Assembly (NCBI GenBank): GCA_965232515.1
Contig: CBDDPY010000002.1
Span: 1,152,001-1,216,000, forward strand
DNA length: 64,000 nucleotides
Direction: 5' to 3'
From: Alphaproteobacteria bacterium
GTDB lineage: Bacteria > Pseudomonadota > Alphaproteobacteria > GCA-2731375
This document shows, one piece after another, positions 9,133 through 22,489 of the stretch. The notes below the pieces were generated by a model. The model was given only the letters and a program-made list of their open reading frames with translations, was not told the origin of the DNA and did not search any database. Position 1 is the first letter of the stretch; every line of letters begins with the position of its first letter. A program made the translations under genes and the position numbers.

Positions 9133-10584
9133 TTAGCGGCGCGCCGCATCGCGCTCGATCGCGGCCAACGCGGCCTGATAGGCCGGCATCTCTCTGATGT
9201 CGCAGACGCCGGCACCGTATTCGACTGGGCCCAGATCGTGCGGCGGCAGCCGGCGCGGATGACCGCAGAAGTCGTCGGATACCTGGTGCAGGACAGCGCC
9301 CCGATCGATCACCGCCTCCGGATCGGACAGCCTGAGGTCCAGGCTGTCGGCATCGGCATAGAGCGCCCGTATGGTATTGCTGCCATGGCCGAGCCAGGTA
9401 TTGCCGCTCCAGGCCAGCATGCCGTCGACCAACCCCTTGGCCCAGGCAACATCTTCCGCATCGACATAGTTCGGATAGTTCTTGTCCTGGCCGGTCAGCC
9501 GCTTTTTCACATAGCGCGCCGTCGCCGGTAACGCCGCCGCATAAGACCGTCCGGCGACAATATTGGCGTCTGTGCTGCTGCGTCCGCCGTCACGGTCGCG
9601 GATACCGCCGGCGATGACGTTGTTCCGGATATCGGCCGTGCTGACGGGAAATCGGATATCGATGCCGTAGGTATTGAACAATAGATTGTTGTAGATCCCG
9701 ATATCGCTGGACTTGTTCACGTAAATGCCGACATCGCCGGCGCAATTGGCGATGACGTTGTTGCGGATGATGCCGTCGGAATGGTTGCGGCTGCAGTCAC
9801 CGCCGTCGCAGATCGCCTTGTTCGAAGTGCCGCCACCGCCGAACGACAGGCCGACACGGATGCCGCCGGCATGGCGCCATTCACAGATCACCAGATTGCG
9901 TTCATAGACGCCATTACTCGAGTTTCCTTTCAAGAACCCCGCGTAACCGACTTGACTCCCGGCAGATTTTGCAAAATCCGCAAAGAAATTGCCGCGGATG
10001 GTCCAGCGCTTACCGCCGACCACATCGAAACCGGATACCGGATTGCGTGTCTCGCGGATGCGGCTGTTAAAAAAGGTATTGCCTTCGATCAGGACGTCGT
10101 TCGGAAACACCCGGCCGGACTTGCCTTTTTCGCCGTTCCCTTTGATCGGCGCATTGAAATCCCTGAGGACGTTTCCACGAATGACGGTGCCGCTGGCGGC
10201 GCCGACGATATGGAATGCATGCTCGCAATTGCCGTGCTTTTCGCAGCGTCCCCGGATTTCCAGGTTTTCAAATACCCAATAGGGGGCGGCGATCTTGAAC
10301 CCCGTCGTCGAGGTGACGTCGAGCACGACGCTGCCCGGCACCGCCGCCCGCACACGGATCGGCGCATCCCGGGCGCCGGCCGCCCTGACCTTGATCGGCC
10401 GCAGGTCGTAACGCCCCGGCGCGATCGTGATGACGTCGCCGGGCCGGGCCCGCTGCACGGCCTTGCCCAGCGCGCGTGCGTCCGCGACCTCGACCCGGCT
10501 TTCCGCCGACGCCAAGCTCAGCGGCAGCGGCATGCCGGCAATCATCAAGATCGACAGAAGTCGTCGTATTCCCGACCGATGCAT
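9133..10584 (-). CDS. Secreted right-handed beta-helix (pectin lyase/chondroitinase B-like) protein
   Basis: Signal-peptide-like N-terminus; ARPGDVITIAPGRY, PIRVRA, repeated I.NN strands; start uncertain (ORF open to 10737). Confidence 0.7.
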   Translation of the reverse strand: MHRSGIRRLLSILMIAGMPLPLSLASAESRVEVADARALGKAVQRARPGDVITIAPGRYDLRPIKVRAAGARDAPIRVRAAVPGSVVLDVTSTTGFKIAAPYWVFENLEIRGRCEKHGNCEHAFHIVGAASGTVIRGNVLRDFNAPIKGNGEKGKSGRVFPNDVLIEGNTFFNSRIRETRNPVSGFDVVGGKRWTIRGNFFADFAKSAGSQVGYAGFLKGNSSNGVYERNLVICEWRHAGGIRVGLSFGGGGTSNKAICDGGDCSRNHSDGIIRNNVIANCAGDVGIYVNKSSDIGIYNNLLFNTYGIDIRFPVSTADIRNNVIAGGIRDRDGGRSSTDANIVAGRSYAAALPATARYVKKRLTGQDKNYPNYVDAEDVAWAKGLVDGMLAWSGNTWLGHGSNTIRALYADADSLDLRLSDPEAVIDRGAVLHQVSDDFCGHPRRLPPHDLGPVEYGAGVCDIREMPAYQAALAAIERDAARR

Positions 10585-10955
10585 CACACTTAAGATACCG
10601 CTTCTCAATGCGGCAATCACCACATCGGACCGGATAGTACCGGATTGTCGGGTCGGGTCAGAGCTTACGAGTGTCCGGTCATAGCGACAGACAGATGGCC
10701 GCGCCATGAAGCTGGGCGGCGCTGGCAAGCAACACAATCGCGCTCAGGAAGCCAATGCCAATATATCGGTAAAGGCTGTCGGACAGTCGTATCGCAGTTG
10801 CGCGTGTCATCACACTCTCCCTCAAAAACGGGATCTCGGACGCAACGCTACAGGCGCTCTCTCCACTGAATGGATTATGGCATATCAATTATGGCGACAA
10901 AATGTCGGCCCATGCAAATAACAGTCTTGTCACGATGCCGTGGCGGCAACCGAGC

Positions 10956-13919
10956 TCAGGCCTGCGCCTGCGCCCCGTTTCTAGTTGTCGACCGCTTGCG
11001 GCCGGCGCGCGGCGACCGGGACGCCGCTGCCGATTTCTTACTCTTCGACTTGGCCTTCGCGCGCGGCTCGGCCGATTGCGGCGCTCTAAGCCCCTTGCCC
11101 AGAAGAGGTTTGAGATACCGGCCGGTATGGCTCTCGGCGACTTCTGCGACTTGCTCCGGGGTGCCGGCGGCGACGATCTGGCCGCCGCCGCTGCCGCCCT
11201 CAGGGCCCAGATCGACAACCCAGTCGGCGGTCTTGATGACTTCCAGATTGTGCTCGATCACGACCACCGTATTGCCGCTCTCGACAAGCTTGTGCAGCAC
11301 GTCGAGCAGCTTGCGCACATCCTCGAAATGCAGACCCGTGGTTGGCTCATCCAGGATGTAGAGCGTGCGGCCGGTGGCGCGGCGTGACAGCTCCTTGGCC
11401 AGCTTCACGCGCTGCGCCTCGCCGCCCGACAGCGTGGTCGCCTGCTGACCGACATGGATATAGCCCAGGCCGACCTGCTGCAGCGTCACCAGCTTGTCGC
11501 GCACGATGGGCACCGCCTTGAAGAACTCAGCCGCCTCGTCGACGGTCATATCCAGCACGTCGGCGATCGACTTGTCCCGGAACCGGATGTCAAGCGTCTC
11601 GCGGTTGTAGCGCTTGCCGCCACAGACGTCGCAGGTGACATAGACATCCGGCAGGAAGTGCATTTCGATCTTGATCAGGCCGTCGCCCTGACAGGCCTCG
11701 CAGCGCCCGCCCTTGACGTTGAACGAGAACCTGCCCGGCTTGTAGCCGCGCGCCTGCGCCTCCGGCAAGCCGGCGAACCAATCCCGGATCGGCGTGAAGG
11801 CGCCGGTATAGGTCGCCGGGTTGGAGCGCGGCGTGCGGCCGATCGGCGATTGGTCGATATCGACGACCTTGTCCAGGAACTGCAGGCCCTCGATGCTGTC
11901 GAAGGCGCCCGGCTGGTCCCGGGCGCCGTTCAGATACCGCGCCAGGGCCTTGTAGAGCGTCTCGATGATCAGCGTCGACTTGCCGCTGCCCGACACGCCG
12001 GTGATGCAGACGAACGACCCCAGCGGCAGTTCCGCATCGACATCGGTCAGGTTGTTCGAGCTGGCCCCGCGCACGACCAGCTTCTGGCGCGGATGGCCGC
12101 TGCGCCGTTGCGCCGGCAGCGGCACCTGCTTCATGCCGACCAGATACTGGCCGGTCAGGCTGTTCGGGCTGGCCATGATGTCCTCGGGCGTACCCGACGC
12201 CACCAGCTCGCCGCCGTGCTCGCCGGCCGCCGGCCCCATGTCGATCACATGGTCGGCGGTGCGGATCGCTTCCTCGTCATGCTCGACGACGACCACCGTA
12301 TTGCCGAGGTCGCGCAGCTCCTTCAGCGTCTTCAATAGTCGGGCATTGTCGCGCTGGTGCAGGCCGATGGACGGCTCGTCCAGCACGTAAAGCACGCCGG
12401 TCAGGCCCGAACCGATTTGCGAGGCAAGCCGGATCCGCTGGCTCTCGCCGCCCGACAGCGTTCCGGAGTTGCGCGACAGCGTCAGGTATTCCAGGCCCAC
12501 ATTCACCAGGAAGCCGAGACGGTCGTTGATTTCCTTCAGTACCCGCTGGGCGATCTCGCGCTGCTTCGCGTTGAGCTTCTTGTCCAGCTGTGCGAACCAG
12601 TCCCGCGCCGCCAGAATCGAGAGCTGCGTGACCTCGCCGACATGGCGGCCGTCGATCTTCACCGCCAGCGCCTCCGGCTTCAGCCGGTTGCCGTCGCAGG
12701 CATCGCAGGTGGTGATCGTCTGGAACTTCTCCAGCTCCTCCCGCAGCCAGGTCGAATCGCTCTCGCGATAGCGCCGCTCCATGTTGGGAATGACACCCTC
12801 GAACGGCTTCGTGGTGGTGTAGCTGCGCAGCCCGTCGTCATAGGTCATGGCGACCGCCTCGTCGCCGGAACCGAACAGAATGACGTCGCGCGCCTTCTCG
12901 GGAAGGTCCGACCAGGGTTCGGTGGTCGAGAACTTGTAATGCCGCGACAGGCTGTCCAGCGTCTGCATGTAGTAAGGCGAGGTCGACTTCGCCCACGGCG
13001 CGATCGCGCCCTTGCGCAGCGTCAGTCGGTCGTCCGGCACGACCAGGCCGGCGTCGAAATGCAGCTGACTGCCGAGCCCGTCGCATTTGGGACAGGCGCC
13101 GAACGGGTTGTTGAAGGAGAACAGCCGGGGCTCGATCTCTTCGATCGTGAACCCGGACACCGGACATGCGAACCTGGCCGAGAACGTGGTCCGGTCGCCG
13201 CTGTCGGCATTTTCCACGATGGTGATCCCGTCGGCGAGCCCGAGCGCGGTCTCCAGCGAATCGGCCAGCCGGCTCGCCACATCGTCGCGGATCACGACCC
13301 GGTCGACCACGACCTCGATGTCGTGCTTCAACTTCTTGTTCAGTGCCGGGGCGTTTTCCAGCTCATAGAGCTCGCCGTCGATCTTAGCCCGCTGGAAACC
13401 CTTCTTCATCAGCTCGGCAAGTTCTTTGCGGTACTCGCCCTTGCGGCCGCGGACGATCGGCGCCAGCAGATAGAGCCGGGTGCCGTCGCCCATCTCCAGC
13501 AGCCGGTCGACCATCTGGCTGACGGTCTGGCTCTCGATCGGCAGACCGGTGGCTGGCGAGTAGGGGACACCGACCCGCGCCCAGAGCAGGCGCATATAGT
13601 CGTAGATCTCGGTTACCGTGCCGACGGTCGATCGCGGATTGCGCGAGGTCGTCTTCTGCTCGATGGAGATCGCCGGAGACAGCCCTTCGATATGGTCGAC
13701 ATCGGGCTTCTGCATCAGCTCCAGGAACTGCCTTGCATAGGCCGACAGGCTCTCGACGTAGCGCCGTTGGCCCTCGGCATAGATGGTATCGAACGCCAGC
13801 GAGGACTTGCCGCTGCCGGACAGGCCCGTGACCACGACCAGCTGGTCGCGCGGGATATCGACGTTCACGTTCTTCAGGTTGTGTTCGCGCGCACCGCGGA
13901 CACTGATGACCTTTTGCAT
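10956..13919 (-). CDS. uvrA: Excinuclease ABC subunit A
   Basis: GAREHNLKN, two Walker A motifs ([18 protein letters not shown]), LSGGE signatures, Zn-finger Cys pairs. Confidence 0.98.
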   Translation of the reverse strand: MQKVISVRGAREHNLKNVNVDIPRDQLVVVTGLSGSGKSSLAFDTIYAEGQRRYVESLSAYARQFLELMQKPDVDHIEGLSPAISIEQKTTSRNPRSTVGTVTEIYDYMRLLWARVGVPYSPATGLPIESQTVSQMVDRLLEMGDGTRLYLLAPIVRGRKGEYRKELAELMKKGFQRAKIDGELYELENAPALNKKLKHDIEVVVDRVVIRDDVASRLADSLETALGLADGITIVENADSGDRTTFSARFACPVSGFTIEEIEPRLFSFNNPFGACPKCDGLGSQLHFDAGLVVPDDRLTLRKGAIAPWAKSTSPYYMQTLDSLSRHYKFSTTEPWSDLPEKARDVILFGSGDEAVAMTYDDGLRSYTTTKPFEGVIPNMERRYRESDSTWLREELEKFQTITTCDACDGNRLKPEALAVKIDGRHVGEVTQLSILAARDWFAQLDKKLNAKQREIAQRVLKEINDRLGFLVNVGLEYLTLSRNSGTLSGGESQRIRLASQIGSGLTGVLYVLDEPSIGLHQRDNARLLKTLKELRDLGNTVVVVEHDEEAIRTADHVIDMGPAAGEHGGELVASGTPEDIMASPNSLTGQYLVGMKQVPLPAQRRSGHPRQKLVVRGASSNNLTDVDAELPLGSFVCITGVSGSGKSTLIIETLYKALARYLNGARDQPGAFDSIEGLQFLDKVVDIDQSPIGRTPRSNPATYTGAFTPIRDWFAGLPEAQARGYKPGRFSFNVKGGRCEACQGDGLIKIEMHFLPDVYVTCDVCGGKRYNRETLDIRFRDKSIADVLDMTVDEAAEFFKAVPIVRDKLVTLQQVGLGYIHVGQQATTLSGGEAQRVKLAKELSRRATGRTLYILDEPTTGLHFEDVRKLLDVLHKLVESGNTVVVIEHNLEVIKTADWVVDLGPEGGSGGGQIVAAGTPEQVAEVAESHTGRYLKPLLGKGLRAPQSAEPRAKAKSKSKKSAAASRSPRAGRKRSTTRNGAQAQA

Positions 13920-14091
13920 ACAAGCTCCCGGCCCGAAAACTGACATTGTGGCAGATAGGCCGGACGGTTGCGATTGCCAACGCCGGCGCCCCTCGAATCT
14001 GTCGGCTATTATCGCCGATTACCGGCTGGCGGGAAGCAGGTCGTTATGCCTATATTGCGGGCGGATCTCATAAAAATATGGAAGCAAGGCG

Positions 14092-14565
14092 ATGGCGGGC
14101 AGCGTCAACAAAGTCACTCTTATCGGCAACCTGGGCGCCGACCCGGAAGTGCGTCACACCCAGGACGGCAACCCCATCGTCAATCTGCGGCTGGCGACCA
14201 ACGAAACCTGGAAGGACCGGCAGACCGGCGAGCGGCGCGAGCGGGTGGAATGGCACCGCGTCGTCATCTTCAACGAGAATCTCGGCCGGATCGCACAACA
14301 GTATTTAAAGAAAGGCTCGAAGGTTTATCTCGAGGGTCAACTCCAGACCCGTAAATGGACGGACCAGAGCGGCCAGGAGCGCTACACCACCGAAGTCGTG
14401 CTGCAGCGCTACCGCGGTGAACTCACCATGCTCGACGGCCGCGCCGAGGGCGGCGGATTCAGCAGCGGCAGCAGCAACTTTGACAGCGGCAGCCGCAGCG
14501 GTGGTGGGGCGTTCGAATCGGCCCGCGGCGGCGCCGACGACCTGGACGACGAGATCCCGTTCTGA
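14092..14565 (+). CDS. ssb: Single-stranded DNA-binding protein
   Basis: [19 protein letters not shown]; C-terminal DDEIPF; divergent from uvrA. Confidence 0.98.
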   Translation: MAGSVNKVTLIGNLGADPEVRHTQDGNPIVNLRLATNETWKDRQTGERRERVEWHRVVIFNENLGRIAQQYLKKGSKVYLEGQLQTRKWTDQSGQERYTTEVVLQRYRGELTMLDGRAEGGGFSSGSSNFDSGSRSGGGAFESARGGADDLDDEIPF

Positions 14566-14604
14566 ATTCCGGCGGCACCCTGTAGAGATTTCACTTAGCG
14601 GACC

Positions 14605-15165
14605 CTACTCGCTGGAGCCGACCGGGCGGACCATGCTGGCCTGCGGGCCGTCCTCACCTTCTTCCTGCACGTAAATCACGCCGGCCCCGACGCTGAGTTG
14701 GTCGAAACCGTCGTCCCGCACGCTGTTGCGGTGGAAGTAGACCTCGCGTTTGTCCGGGGCTTCGATAAAGCCATAGCCCTGATCGGGGAACAGTCGGGCG
14801 ACCCGGCCCACCGGCGGCACGTCGTGCGCCTTGACCTTGCCGTCGAGCTTACGGACATGGGACTGGAGCTGGCGTCGCGCGGCCTGAAAGGCATCGCGGA
14901 TCGCCACATAGACGTCCTCATGGCTATGATCCGCCGCGGCGCTGCCGCCGACCACCACGTCGCGCTGCCCCGGCAGCGTCAGATGGATGCGAGCGTCATA
15001 CAGCTTGCCCTTGTGATGATGCCGATGCGGCGCCGTTATCACCACGCGGCAGGCCGTGATCCGGTCGTGAAACCGCGAAAGCTTCTCGATTTCCGCCTCG
15101 ATGCGGGCCTTGACCGCGTCCGACGGCGGCATGCCTTCGAATACAATTTCCGGCAGAGTTTCCAT
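14605..15165 (-). CDS. HPF/RaiA ribosome-associated protein fused to a cold-shock domain
   Basis: N-terminal S30AE-like domain (ITACRVVI...DVYVAIRDAF); C-terminal CSD (YGFI...VYFHRNSV...GPQA). Confidence 0.85.
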   Translation of the reverse strand: METLPEIVFEGMPPSDAVKARIEAEIEKLSRFHDRITACRVVITAPHRHHHKGKLYDARIHLTLPGQRDVVVGGSAAADHSHEDVYVAIRDAFQAARRQLQSHVRKLDGKVKAHDVPPVGRVARLFPDQGYGFIEAPDKREVYFHRNSVRDDGFDQLSVGAGVIYVQEEGEDGPQASMVRPVGSSE

Positions 15166-15425
15166 AGCTCGAGACCACTTTCCGGGCATAACCGTCCCAC
15201 AGCCGGGACGACCGTCAGTCTGGCCCAAACCGGCCCGAAACAGGGTTGATTTGGGTCAAGCGCGGGTCAAAGACCGTCCCCTTTTGCTGCACCTGCGAAA
15301 GTTGCCGTTTCCGACATGAATTGCTATATACGGCGGCATGCAAACTCGAGCGATTCGCGGGCCCGACGCGCCCGCGTTTTTGCCATCTACCGACAGCCTT
15401 TCGCTGCTGATCTGACGGCCACCGC

Positions 15426-18143
15426 GTGACGGACGACACCACCACACCGCCTTCCGGCGACGCCAATATCGCGCCCATCTCGATCGAAGAGGAGATGCGC
15501 GCCTCCTATCTCGGTTACGCCATGAGCGTGATCGTCAGTCGCGCCATTCCGGACGCGCGCGACGGGCTGAAGCCGGTGCATCGGCGCATCCTCTACGCCA
15601 TGCACGAGGCCGGCTACACCTCGGACAAGCCGTATCGCAAGGCGGCGCGCATCGTCGGCGACGTCATGGGCCGCTATCACCCGCACGGCGACCAGGCGAT
15701 CTATGACGCCATGGTGCGCATGGCCCAGGACTTCTCGATGCGGCTGCCGCTGCTGGACGGGCAGGGCAACTTCGGCTCGATGGACGGCGATCCCCCGGCG
15801 GCCATGCGCTACACCGAGGTGCGCATGGACAAGCCGGCCGAGGCGCTGCTCACCGACATCGACAAAGACACGGTCGACTTCCAGCCGAACTACGACGAGA
15901 CCGCCCGCGAGCCGGTCGTCCTGCCGGCGAAGTTTCCGAACCTGCTGGTCAACGGCGCCGGCGGCATCGCCGTCGGTATGGCGACGAACATTCCGCCGCA
16001 CAATCTGGGCGAGGTGATCGACGCCTGCCTCGCCTACCTCGACAATCCGAACATCTCCGTCAACGACATGATGCAGTTCGTCGAGGGACCGGATTTTCCG
16101 ACTGGCGGCATCATTCTCGGCCGGGCCGGCATCCGCTCGGCCTTCCACAACGGCCGCGGCAGCGTCGTGATGCGCGGCCGGACCCATATCGAGGAGATCC
16201 GCAAGGACCGCGAGGCCATCATCGTCACCGAGGTTCCCTATCAGGTGAACAAGTCGACGATGGTGGAGAAGATCGCCGAGGCCGTGCGTTCGAAGCGCAT
16301 CGAGGGCATCGCCGACCTGCGTGACGAGAGCGACCGCGACGGCGTCCGCGTGGTCGTCGAGCTGCGGCGCGACGCCATGGCGGAAGTCGTTCTGAACCAG
16401 CTCTATCGATACACGACGCTGCAGACCAGCTTCGGCGTGAACATGCTGGCGCTGAACCGCGGCAAGCCTGAGCTGCTGAACCTGCGCGAACTGATCGCGG
16501 CCTTCGTCTCGGCCCGCGAAGAGGTGGTGACACGCCGTACCCGGCACCTGCTGGACAAGGCGCGGGAGCGGGCGCATGTGCTGGCCGGCCTGGCGATCGC
16601 GGTCGCGAACATCGACGAGGTAATCGCGCTGATCCGGCGCGCGCCCGATCCGGCGACCGCGCGGGCCGAACTGATGGCGCGCGACTGGCCGGCCACCCAG
16701 GTCGCGGCGATGATCGAGCTGATCGACGCGCCGGGCCACCGTGTCATCGATGGCAAGTACCGCCTGTCGGAAGCGCAGGCGCGGGCCATCCTGGACCTGC
16801 GGCTGCAGCGCCTGACCGCGCTGGGCGCGACCGAGATCGGCGACGAACTGCGCGAGCTCGGCGAGAAGATCGAAGACTATCTCGACATTCTCCGCAGCCG
16901 CGACCGCTTGGTCGGCATCATCCGCGAAGAACTGACCGAGATGAAGACGCAGTTCGGGACGCCGCGGCGCACCGAAATCGTCGAGCAGGAGTTCGAGCAG
17001 GACGACGAGGAGCTGATTCAGCGCGAGGACATGGTCCTGACGGTCACGCATTCCGGCTATATCAAGCGCGTGCCGTTGTCGACCTACCGCCCGCAGCGCC
17101 GCGGCGGCAAGGGCCGCGCCGGCATGGCGACGCGCGACGAGGACTTCGTGACCCAGGTCTTTGTCGTCAACACGCACACGCCGGTGCTGTTCTTCTCGTC
17201 GTTCGGCCGCGTCTACAAGCTCAAGGTCTACCGGCTGCCGCAGGGCACGCCGCAGTCGCGCGGCAAGGCGTTCGTGAACCTGTTGCCGCTGCAGACCGGC
17301 GAGGTGATCAACACGCTGATGCCGCTGCCCGAGGATGAGGCCGAGTGGAAGAACCTCTATGCGATGTTCGCCACATCGAGCGGCAATGTCCGGCGCAATG
17401 CGCTCGACGACTTCAGCAACGTGCCGTCGAACGGCAAGATTGCCATGAAGATCGGCGACGACGACGCCATTGTCGGCGTGCAGATCTGCACGGAGAAGGA
17501 CGACGTGCTGCTGGCCGCACGCGGCGGCAAGTGCATCCGCTTCCCGGTGATCGATGTGCGCGTCTTCAAGGGCCGTGACTCGGTCGGCGTCCGCGGCATG
17601 CGGCTGGCGCGCGACGATCGGGTGATCTCGATGTCGATCCTGCGCCACACCGATTTCAGCGGCGACGAGCGCGAGGCCTATCTGCGCTGGGCCAACGCCA
17701 GCCGCCGGGCCGAGAACGGTGACGAGGGCGCGGCAATGCCGTCGAAGCCGGATCGCGCCGATGCCATGGCCGAGATCGAAGAGTTCGTGCTCAGCGTCAC
17801 CGAGAACGGCTACGGCAAACGGACGTCATCGCACGAGTACCCGATCCGCGGCCGTGGCGGTCAGGGCGTGATTAACATCGAGACGTCGAAACGCAACGGG
17901 CCCGTGGTCGCGGCATTCCCCGTCGATCGGACCGATCAGATCATGCTGGTCACCAACGGCGGTCAGATGATCCGCAGCCCGGTCAACGACATCCGCATTG
18001 CCGGCCGCAGCACCCAAGGTGTAACGTTGTTCGACACTGCGGAAGGCGAACGGGTCGTCTCCGTAGCCCGCACCGGCGAGGCCGACGACGAGAACGGCAA
18101 TGGCGAAGACCCGCCAGCCGACAACGGCGCACCGGACACCTGA
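15426..18143 (+). CDS. gyrA: DNA gyrase subunit A
   Basis: YHPHGD, AAMRYTE active site, GyrA-box QRRGGKG. Confidence 0.97.
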   Translation: MTDDTTTPPSGDANIAPISIEEEMRASYLGYAMSVIVSRAIPDARDGLKPVHRRILYAMHEAGYTSDKPYRKAARIVGDVMGRYHPHGDQAIYDAMVRMAQDFSMRLPLLDGQGNFGSMDGDPPAAMRYTEVRMDKPAEALLTDIDKDTVDFQPNYDETAREPVVLPAKFPNLLVNGAGGIAVGMATNIPPHNLGEVIDACLAYLDNPNISVNDMMQFVEGPDFPTGGIILGRAGIRSAFHNGRGSVVMRGRTHIEEIRKDREAIIVTEVPYQVNKSTMVEKIAEAVRSKRIEGIADLRDESDRDGVRVVVELRRDAMAEVVLNQLYRYTTLQTSFGVNMLALNRGKPELLNLRELIAAFVSAREEVVTRRTRHLLDKARERAHVLAGLAIAVANIDEVIALIRRAPDPATARAELMARDWPATQVAAMIELIDAPGHRVIDGKYRLSEAQARAILDLRLQRLTALGATEIGDELRELGEKIEDYLDILRSRDRLVGIIREELTEMKTQFGTPRRTEIVEQEFEQDDEELIQREDMVLTVTHSGYIKRVPLSTYRPQRRGGKGRAGMATRDEDFVTQVFVVNTHTPVLFFSSFGRVYKLKVYRLPQGTPQSRGKAFVNLLPLQTGEVINTLMPLPEDEAEWKNLYAMFATSSGNVRRNALDDFSNVPSNGKIAMKIGDDDAIVGVQICTEKDDVLLAARGGKCIRFPVIDVRVFKGRDSVGVRGMRLARDDRVISMSILRHTDFSGDEREAYLRWANASRRAENGDEGAAMPSKPDRADAMAEIEEFVLSVTENGYGKRTSSHEYPIRGRGGQGVINIETSKRNGPVVAAFPVDRTDQIMLVTNGGQMIRSPVNDIRIAGRSTQGVTLFDTAEGERVVSVARTGEADDENGNGEDPPADNGAPDT

Positions 18144-18203
18144 TCCACCGGTTCGTATGAACAGGCGCGACGCACAACGGCAAAGCTGACGACGGAGGCC
18201 GAC

Positions 18204-18740
18204 TTGGCCACGCAACGTATTGGATTGTATCCCGGCACCTTCGATCCCATCACCGAAGGTCACCGCGACATCATCGAACGGGCCACCAAGATGGTGGATC
18301 TGTTGATCGTCGGCGTCGCGGTCAATGCCGACAAGGGCCCGCTGTTCGATCTCGAAGAGCGCGTCGCGATGGTAACGCGGGAGCTTCAGTATCTGAACAA
18401 TCGCGACGGAACGATCATCCATGTCAAACCGTTCGATAACCTTCTGATGCACTTCGCGATGGAGCAGAACGCGCGGATCATTATTCGCGGTCTGCGCGCG
18501 GTTTCCGATTTCGAGTACGAGTTCCAGATGGTCGGCATGAACGACCGGCTGAATCCGGATATTGAAACGGTCTTCCTGATGGCGACCGACAAGTATCAGT
18601 TCATCGCCTCGCGGCTGGTGAAGGAGATCGCACGCCTGGGCGGCGATGTCAGCGAGTTCGTCTCGCCACGGGTGGAAGCCGATCTTCTCGCCCGTTACGG
18701 CCGTACGCCGGCCGTCAGCACCGGCACGACCGGCAACTGA
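18204..18740 (+). CDS. coaD: Pantetheine-phosphate adenylyltransferase
   Basis: YPGTFDPITEGH, RGLRAVSDFEYE. Confidence 0.96.
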   Translation: MATQRIGLYPGTFDPITEGHRDIIERATKMVDLLIVGVAVNADKGPLFDLEERVAMVTRELQYLNNRDGTIIHVKPFDNLLMHFAMEQNARIIIRGLRAVSDFEYEFQMVGMNDRLNPDIETVFLMATDKYQFIASRLVKEIARLGGDVSEFVSPRVEADLLARYGRTPAVSTGTTGN

Positions 18741-18760
18741 TCAAATCTCCATTCAACAAC

Positions 18761-19312
<552 letters not shown>

Positions 19313-19357
19313 CCGCCGGCGGTTGAACGGCCGGCCGGTGATCGGCCGACAAGACGT

Positions 19358-20389
19358 ATGCGTGTCGACGACTTCGACTTCACGCTCGATCCGGACCTGA
19401 TCGCGACGCGCCCCTGCACGCCGCCAGAGGCGGCGCGGCTGCTTGTTGTGGACGATGAATTGCAGGACCGACACGTCGGCGATCTGCCGGACCTGCTGCG
19501 GCCGGGCGACATTGTCGTCTGCAACGACACGCGGGTCATTCCAGCGCAACTGTCGGGCCGCCGCGACGGCGCCACGGTCGAGGTCACGTTGCACAAGCGA
19601 CAGGGGCCGGGCCGCTGGCGCGCGTTCGCCAAGCCCGCGCGCCGGCTCAGGCCCGGCGACGAGGTCAGTTTCGGCGGCGATTTCGTCGCGCGTGTTCGCG
19701 CACGGGACGGCGCCGAGGTCGAGCTCGACTTCGGCCTGGACGATGCCGGCCTGCGCACGGCGCTGGCGCGCCACGGCGAAACGCCGCTGCCGCCCTATAT
19801 CCGCAAGCGCCGGCGGCCGGACCGGCAGGACATCGACGACTATCAAACCGTGTTCGCCGCCCGCGAAGGCGCGGTCGCGGCGCCGACGGCCGGTCTGCAC
19901 TTCAGCCAGGACCTGCTCGACCGGCTCGCCGGCAGGGGCATTCGTCAGGCGACGCTGACGCTCCACGTCGGCGCCGGCACCTTCCTGCCGGTCAGCGTCG
20001 ACGATACCGACGATCACCGCATGCACAGCGAGGTCGGCGAGATCACGTCGGCGACGGCAGATGTCATCAATGCGGCCCGCGCCGCGGGCGGCCGAGTCGT
20101 CGCCATCGGTACGACCTGTCTGCGACTGCTGGAAACCGCGGTCGATGACGACGGCCGTATCCAGCCGTTCGACGGCGAGACCGACATCTTCATCACGCCG
20201 GGCTACCGGTTCCGCGCTGTCGATCTACTGTTCACCAACTTCCACCTGCCGCGTTCGACCCTGTTCATGCTGGTCGCGGCCTTCGCCGGACTGGAACGCA
20301 TGCGCGCAGCCTATGCGCACGCGCAGACGAACCGCTATCGGTTCTACTCCTACGGCGACGCAACGCTGCTGCATCCGGCCGCCCCATGA
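19358..20389 (+). CDS. queA: S-adenosylmethionine:tRNA ribosyltransferase-isomerase
   Basis: [41 protein letters not shown]. Confidence 0.96.
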   Translation: MRVDDFDFTLDPDLIATRPCTPPEAARLLVVDDELQDRHVGDLPDLLRPGDIVVCNDTRVIPAQLSGRRDGATVEVTLHKRQGPGRWRAFAKPARRLRPGDEVSFGGDFVARVRARDGAEVELDFGLDDAGLRTALARHGETPLPPYIRKRRRPDRQDIDDYQTVFAAREGAVAAPTAGLHFSQDLLDRLAGRGIRQATLTLHVGAGTFLPVSVDDTDDHRMHSEVGEITSATADVINAARAAGGRVVAIGTTCLRLLETAVDDDGRIQPFDGETDIFITPGYRFRAVDLLFTNFHLPRSTLFMLVAAFAGLERMRAAYAHAQTNRYRFYSYGDATLLHPAAP

Positions 20390-21510
20390 CCACCACCTTC
20401 GACTTCGCCATGACGGCACAGAACGGTTCGGCCCGGACAGGTCGGCTGCAAACGGCCCATGGCGCGATCCACACGCCCGCTTTCATGCCCGTCGGCACGG
20501 CGGCGACGGTCAAGGCCATGACGCCCGAAGCAGTGGCGCAAACCGGCGCCGAGATCATTCTCGGCAACACCTATCACCTGATGTTGCGCCCCGGCGCCGA
20601 GCGCATCGCGCGGCTTGGCGGCCTGCACACCTTCATGAACTGGCCAGGACCGATCCTGACCGATTCTGGCGGCTTCCAGGTGATGTCGCTCGCCGGCCTG
20701 CGCCAGCTCAGCGAGGATGGCGTCACATTCCGCAGCCATATCGACGGCGAACGCCACCACCTGACGCCAGAGTCGAGTGTCGAGATCCAGCGCCTGCTCG
20801 ATGCCGACATCACCATGGTGCTGGACGAATGCACGCCGTTTCCGGCCAGCGAGACCGAGGCAGCTGAGTCCATGCGACTGTCCATGCGCTGGGCCCGACG
20901 CTCGCGCGACGCATTTCAGGAGCGGCCGGGCTACGGACTGTTCGGCATCGTTCAGGGCAACGTCTATCCGCAGCTGCGTGCGGAGTCGGCGGCCGCGCTG
21001 ACCGCAATTGGCTTCGACGGCTATGCCATTGGTGGCCTTGCGGTCGGCGAGGGGCAGGGAGCCATGTTCCAGGTGCTGGACGACGTGATGCCGCATCTGC
21101 CGGCGGACAAACCGCGCTACCTGATGGGTGTGGGCAAGCCGGACGATCTCGTCGGCGCCGTCCAGAGGGGTGTCGACATGTTCGATTGCGTGCTGCCAAC
21201 CCGCTCGGGCCGCACCGGCCAGGCCTTCACCAGGCGCGGGCCGTTGAACATAAAGAACGCCCGGCATGCCGACGACCCGCGGCCGCTCGACGAAACGCTC
21301 AACTGTCCGGCCTCGCGCGACTACTCGCGCGCCTATCTGCATCATCTCGTGAAGTCGAAGGAGATCCTCGGCGCCGTCCTGCTGACCTGGCACAACCTCG
21401 CCTACTACCAGCACCTGATGGCGGGTCTGCGCGCCGCCATCGCGGACGGTGAACTGGATGCCTTCGCGGCCGAGTTCCGCACCATGCAGCGGGAAGGGGA
21501 GCCGGGCTAG
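20386..21510 (+). CDS. tgt: tRNA-guanine transglycosylase
   Basis: [28 protein letters not shown]. Confidence 0.97.
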   Translation: MTTTFDFAMTAQNGSARTGRLQTAHGAIHTPAFMPVGTAATVKAMTPEAVAQTGAEIILGNTYHLMLRPGAERIARLGGLHTFMNWPGPILTDSGGFQVMSLAGLRQLSEDGVTFRSHIDGERHHLTPESSVEIQRLLDADITMVLDECTPFPASETEAAESMRLSMRWARRSRDAFQERPGYGLFGIVQGNVYPQLRAESAAALTAIGFDGYAIGGLAVGEGQGAMFQVLDDVMPHLPADKPRYLMGVGKPDDLVGAVQRGVDMFDCVLPTRSGRTGQAFTRRGPLNIKNARHADDPRPLDETLNCPASRDYSRAYLHHLVKSKEILGAVLLTWHNLAYYQHLMAGLRAAIADGELDAFAAEFRTMQREGEPG

Positions 21511-21513
21511 GCG

Positions 21514-22455
21514 CTATTCCTTCACGGCGCCCGTCATCGATGAGACGTAGTGTTCGACGAAGAAGGAATAGACCAGCGCCACCGGTACCGAGCCCAGCAG
21601 CGCGCCGGCCATCAGCGCGCCCCAGTGATAGATGTCGCCGTCGACCAGCTCGTTCAGCACGGCCACCGGCACGGTCTTCTTCTCCGACGAGGAGATGAAG
21701 GTCAGCGCGTAGATGAACTCATTCCAGCACAGCGTGAAGGCGAAGATGCCGGCCGAGATGATGCCCGGGATCGACAGCGGCAGCACGATCTTGACCAGGA
21801 TCTGCGCCCGGCTGGCGCCGTCGATCAGCGCGCACTCCTCGAGCTCATAGGGGATCGACTTGAAGTAACCCATCAACAGCCATGTGCTGAACGGGATCAG
21901 GATCGTCGGATAGGTCAGGATCAAGGCCATCGGCGTGTCGAACAGACCGTAGTTGAAGACGACGATGGCGAGCGGAATGAACAGGATGCTGGGCGGCACC
22001 AGATAGGCGAGGAAGATCAACCCGCCGACGGCATTTGAGCCGCGATAGCGGATACGCACGATGGCATAGGCCGCCATCACGCTGGCGACGATCGACAGGA
22101 AGGTCGAGACGACCGCCACCATCATGGTGTTCCACATCCACGACGGATAATCGGTTTCGAACAGCAGCCGGGCGTAATGCTCGAACGTGGGGCTGATCAC
22201 CCACCACGGATTGTGGTTCTCCAGGTCGATCAGCTCGGCGTTCGGCTTGATGCTGGTCAGACCCATCCAATAGAACGGAAAAAGCAGGATGATCAGGAAC
22301 AGCGCGACCGGGATATAGACGATGACCACGCGCTGGGGCAGGGTGGTCAGATACTCCATACCCTCCTGCTGATCACGGCGTCGCTGGCTCCAGCGCTGCG
22401 CCCAGGTCATCTCCTTCGGCAGCTTGCTCTCGCCCGTCGAAACCTGCTCAACCAT
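21514..22455 (-). CDS. Carbohydrate ABC transporter permease
   Basis: EAA-type motif ELEECALIDGAS; TM helices. Confidence 0.9.
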   Translation of the reverse strand: MVEQVSTGESKLPKEMTWAQRWSQRRRDQQEGMEYLTTLPQRVVIVYIPVALFLIILLFPFYWMGLTSIKPNAELIDLENHNPWWVISPTFEHYARLLFETDYPSWMWNTMMVAVVSTFLSIVASVMAAYAIVRIRYRGSNAVGGLIFLAYLVPPSILFIPLAIVVFNYGLFDTPMALILTYPTILIPFSTWLLMGYFKSIPYELEECALIDGASRAQILVKIVLPLSIPGIISAGIFAFTLCWNEFIYALTFISSSEKKTVPVAVLNELVDGDIYHWGALMAGALLGSVPVALVYSFFVEHYVSSMTGAVKE

Positions 22456-22489
22456 GGTCAGACCGCCTCCATCGCGGTTCCTTGTCGCC

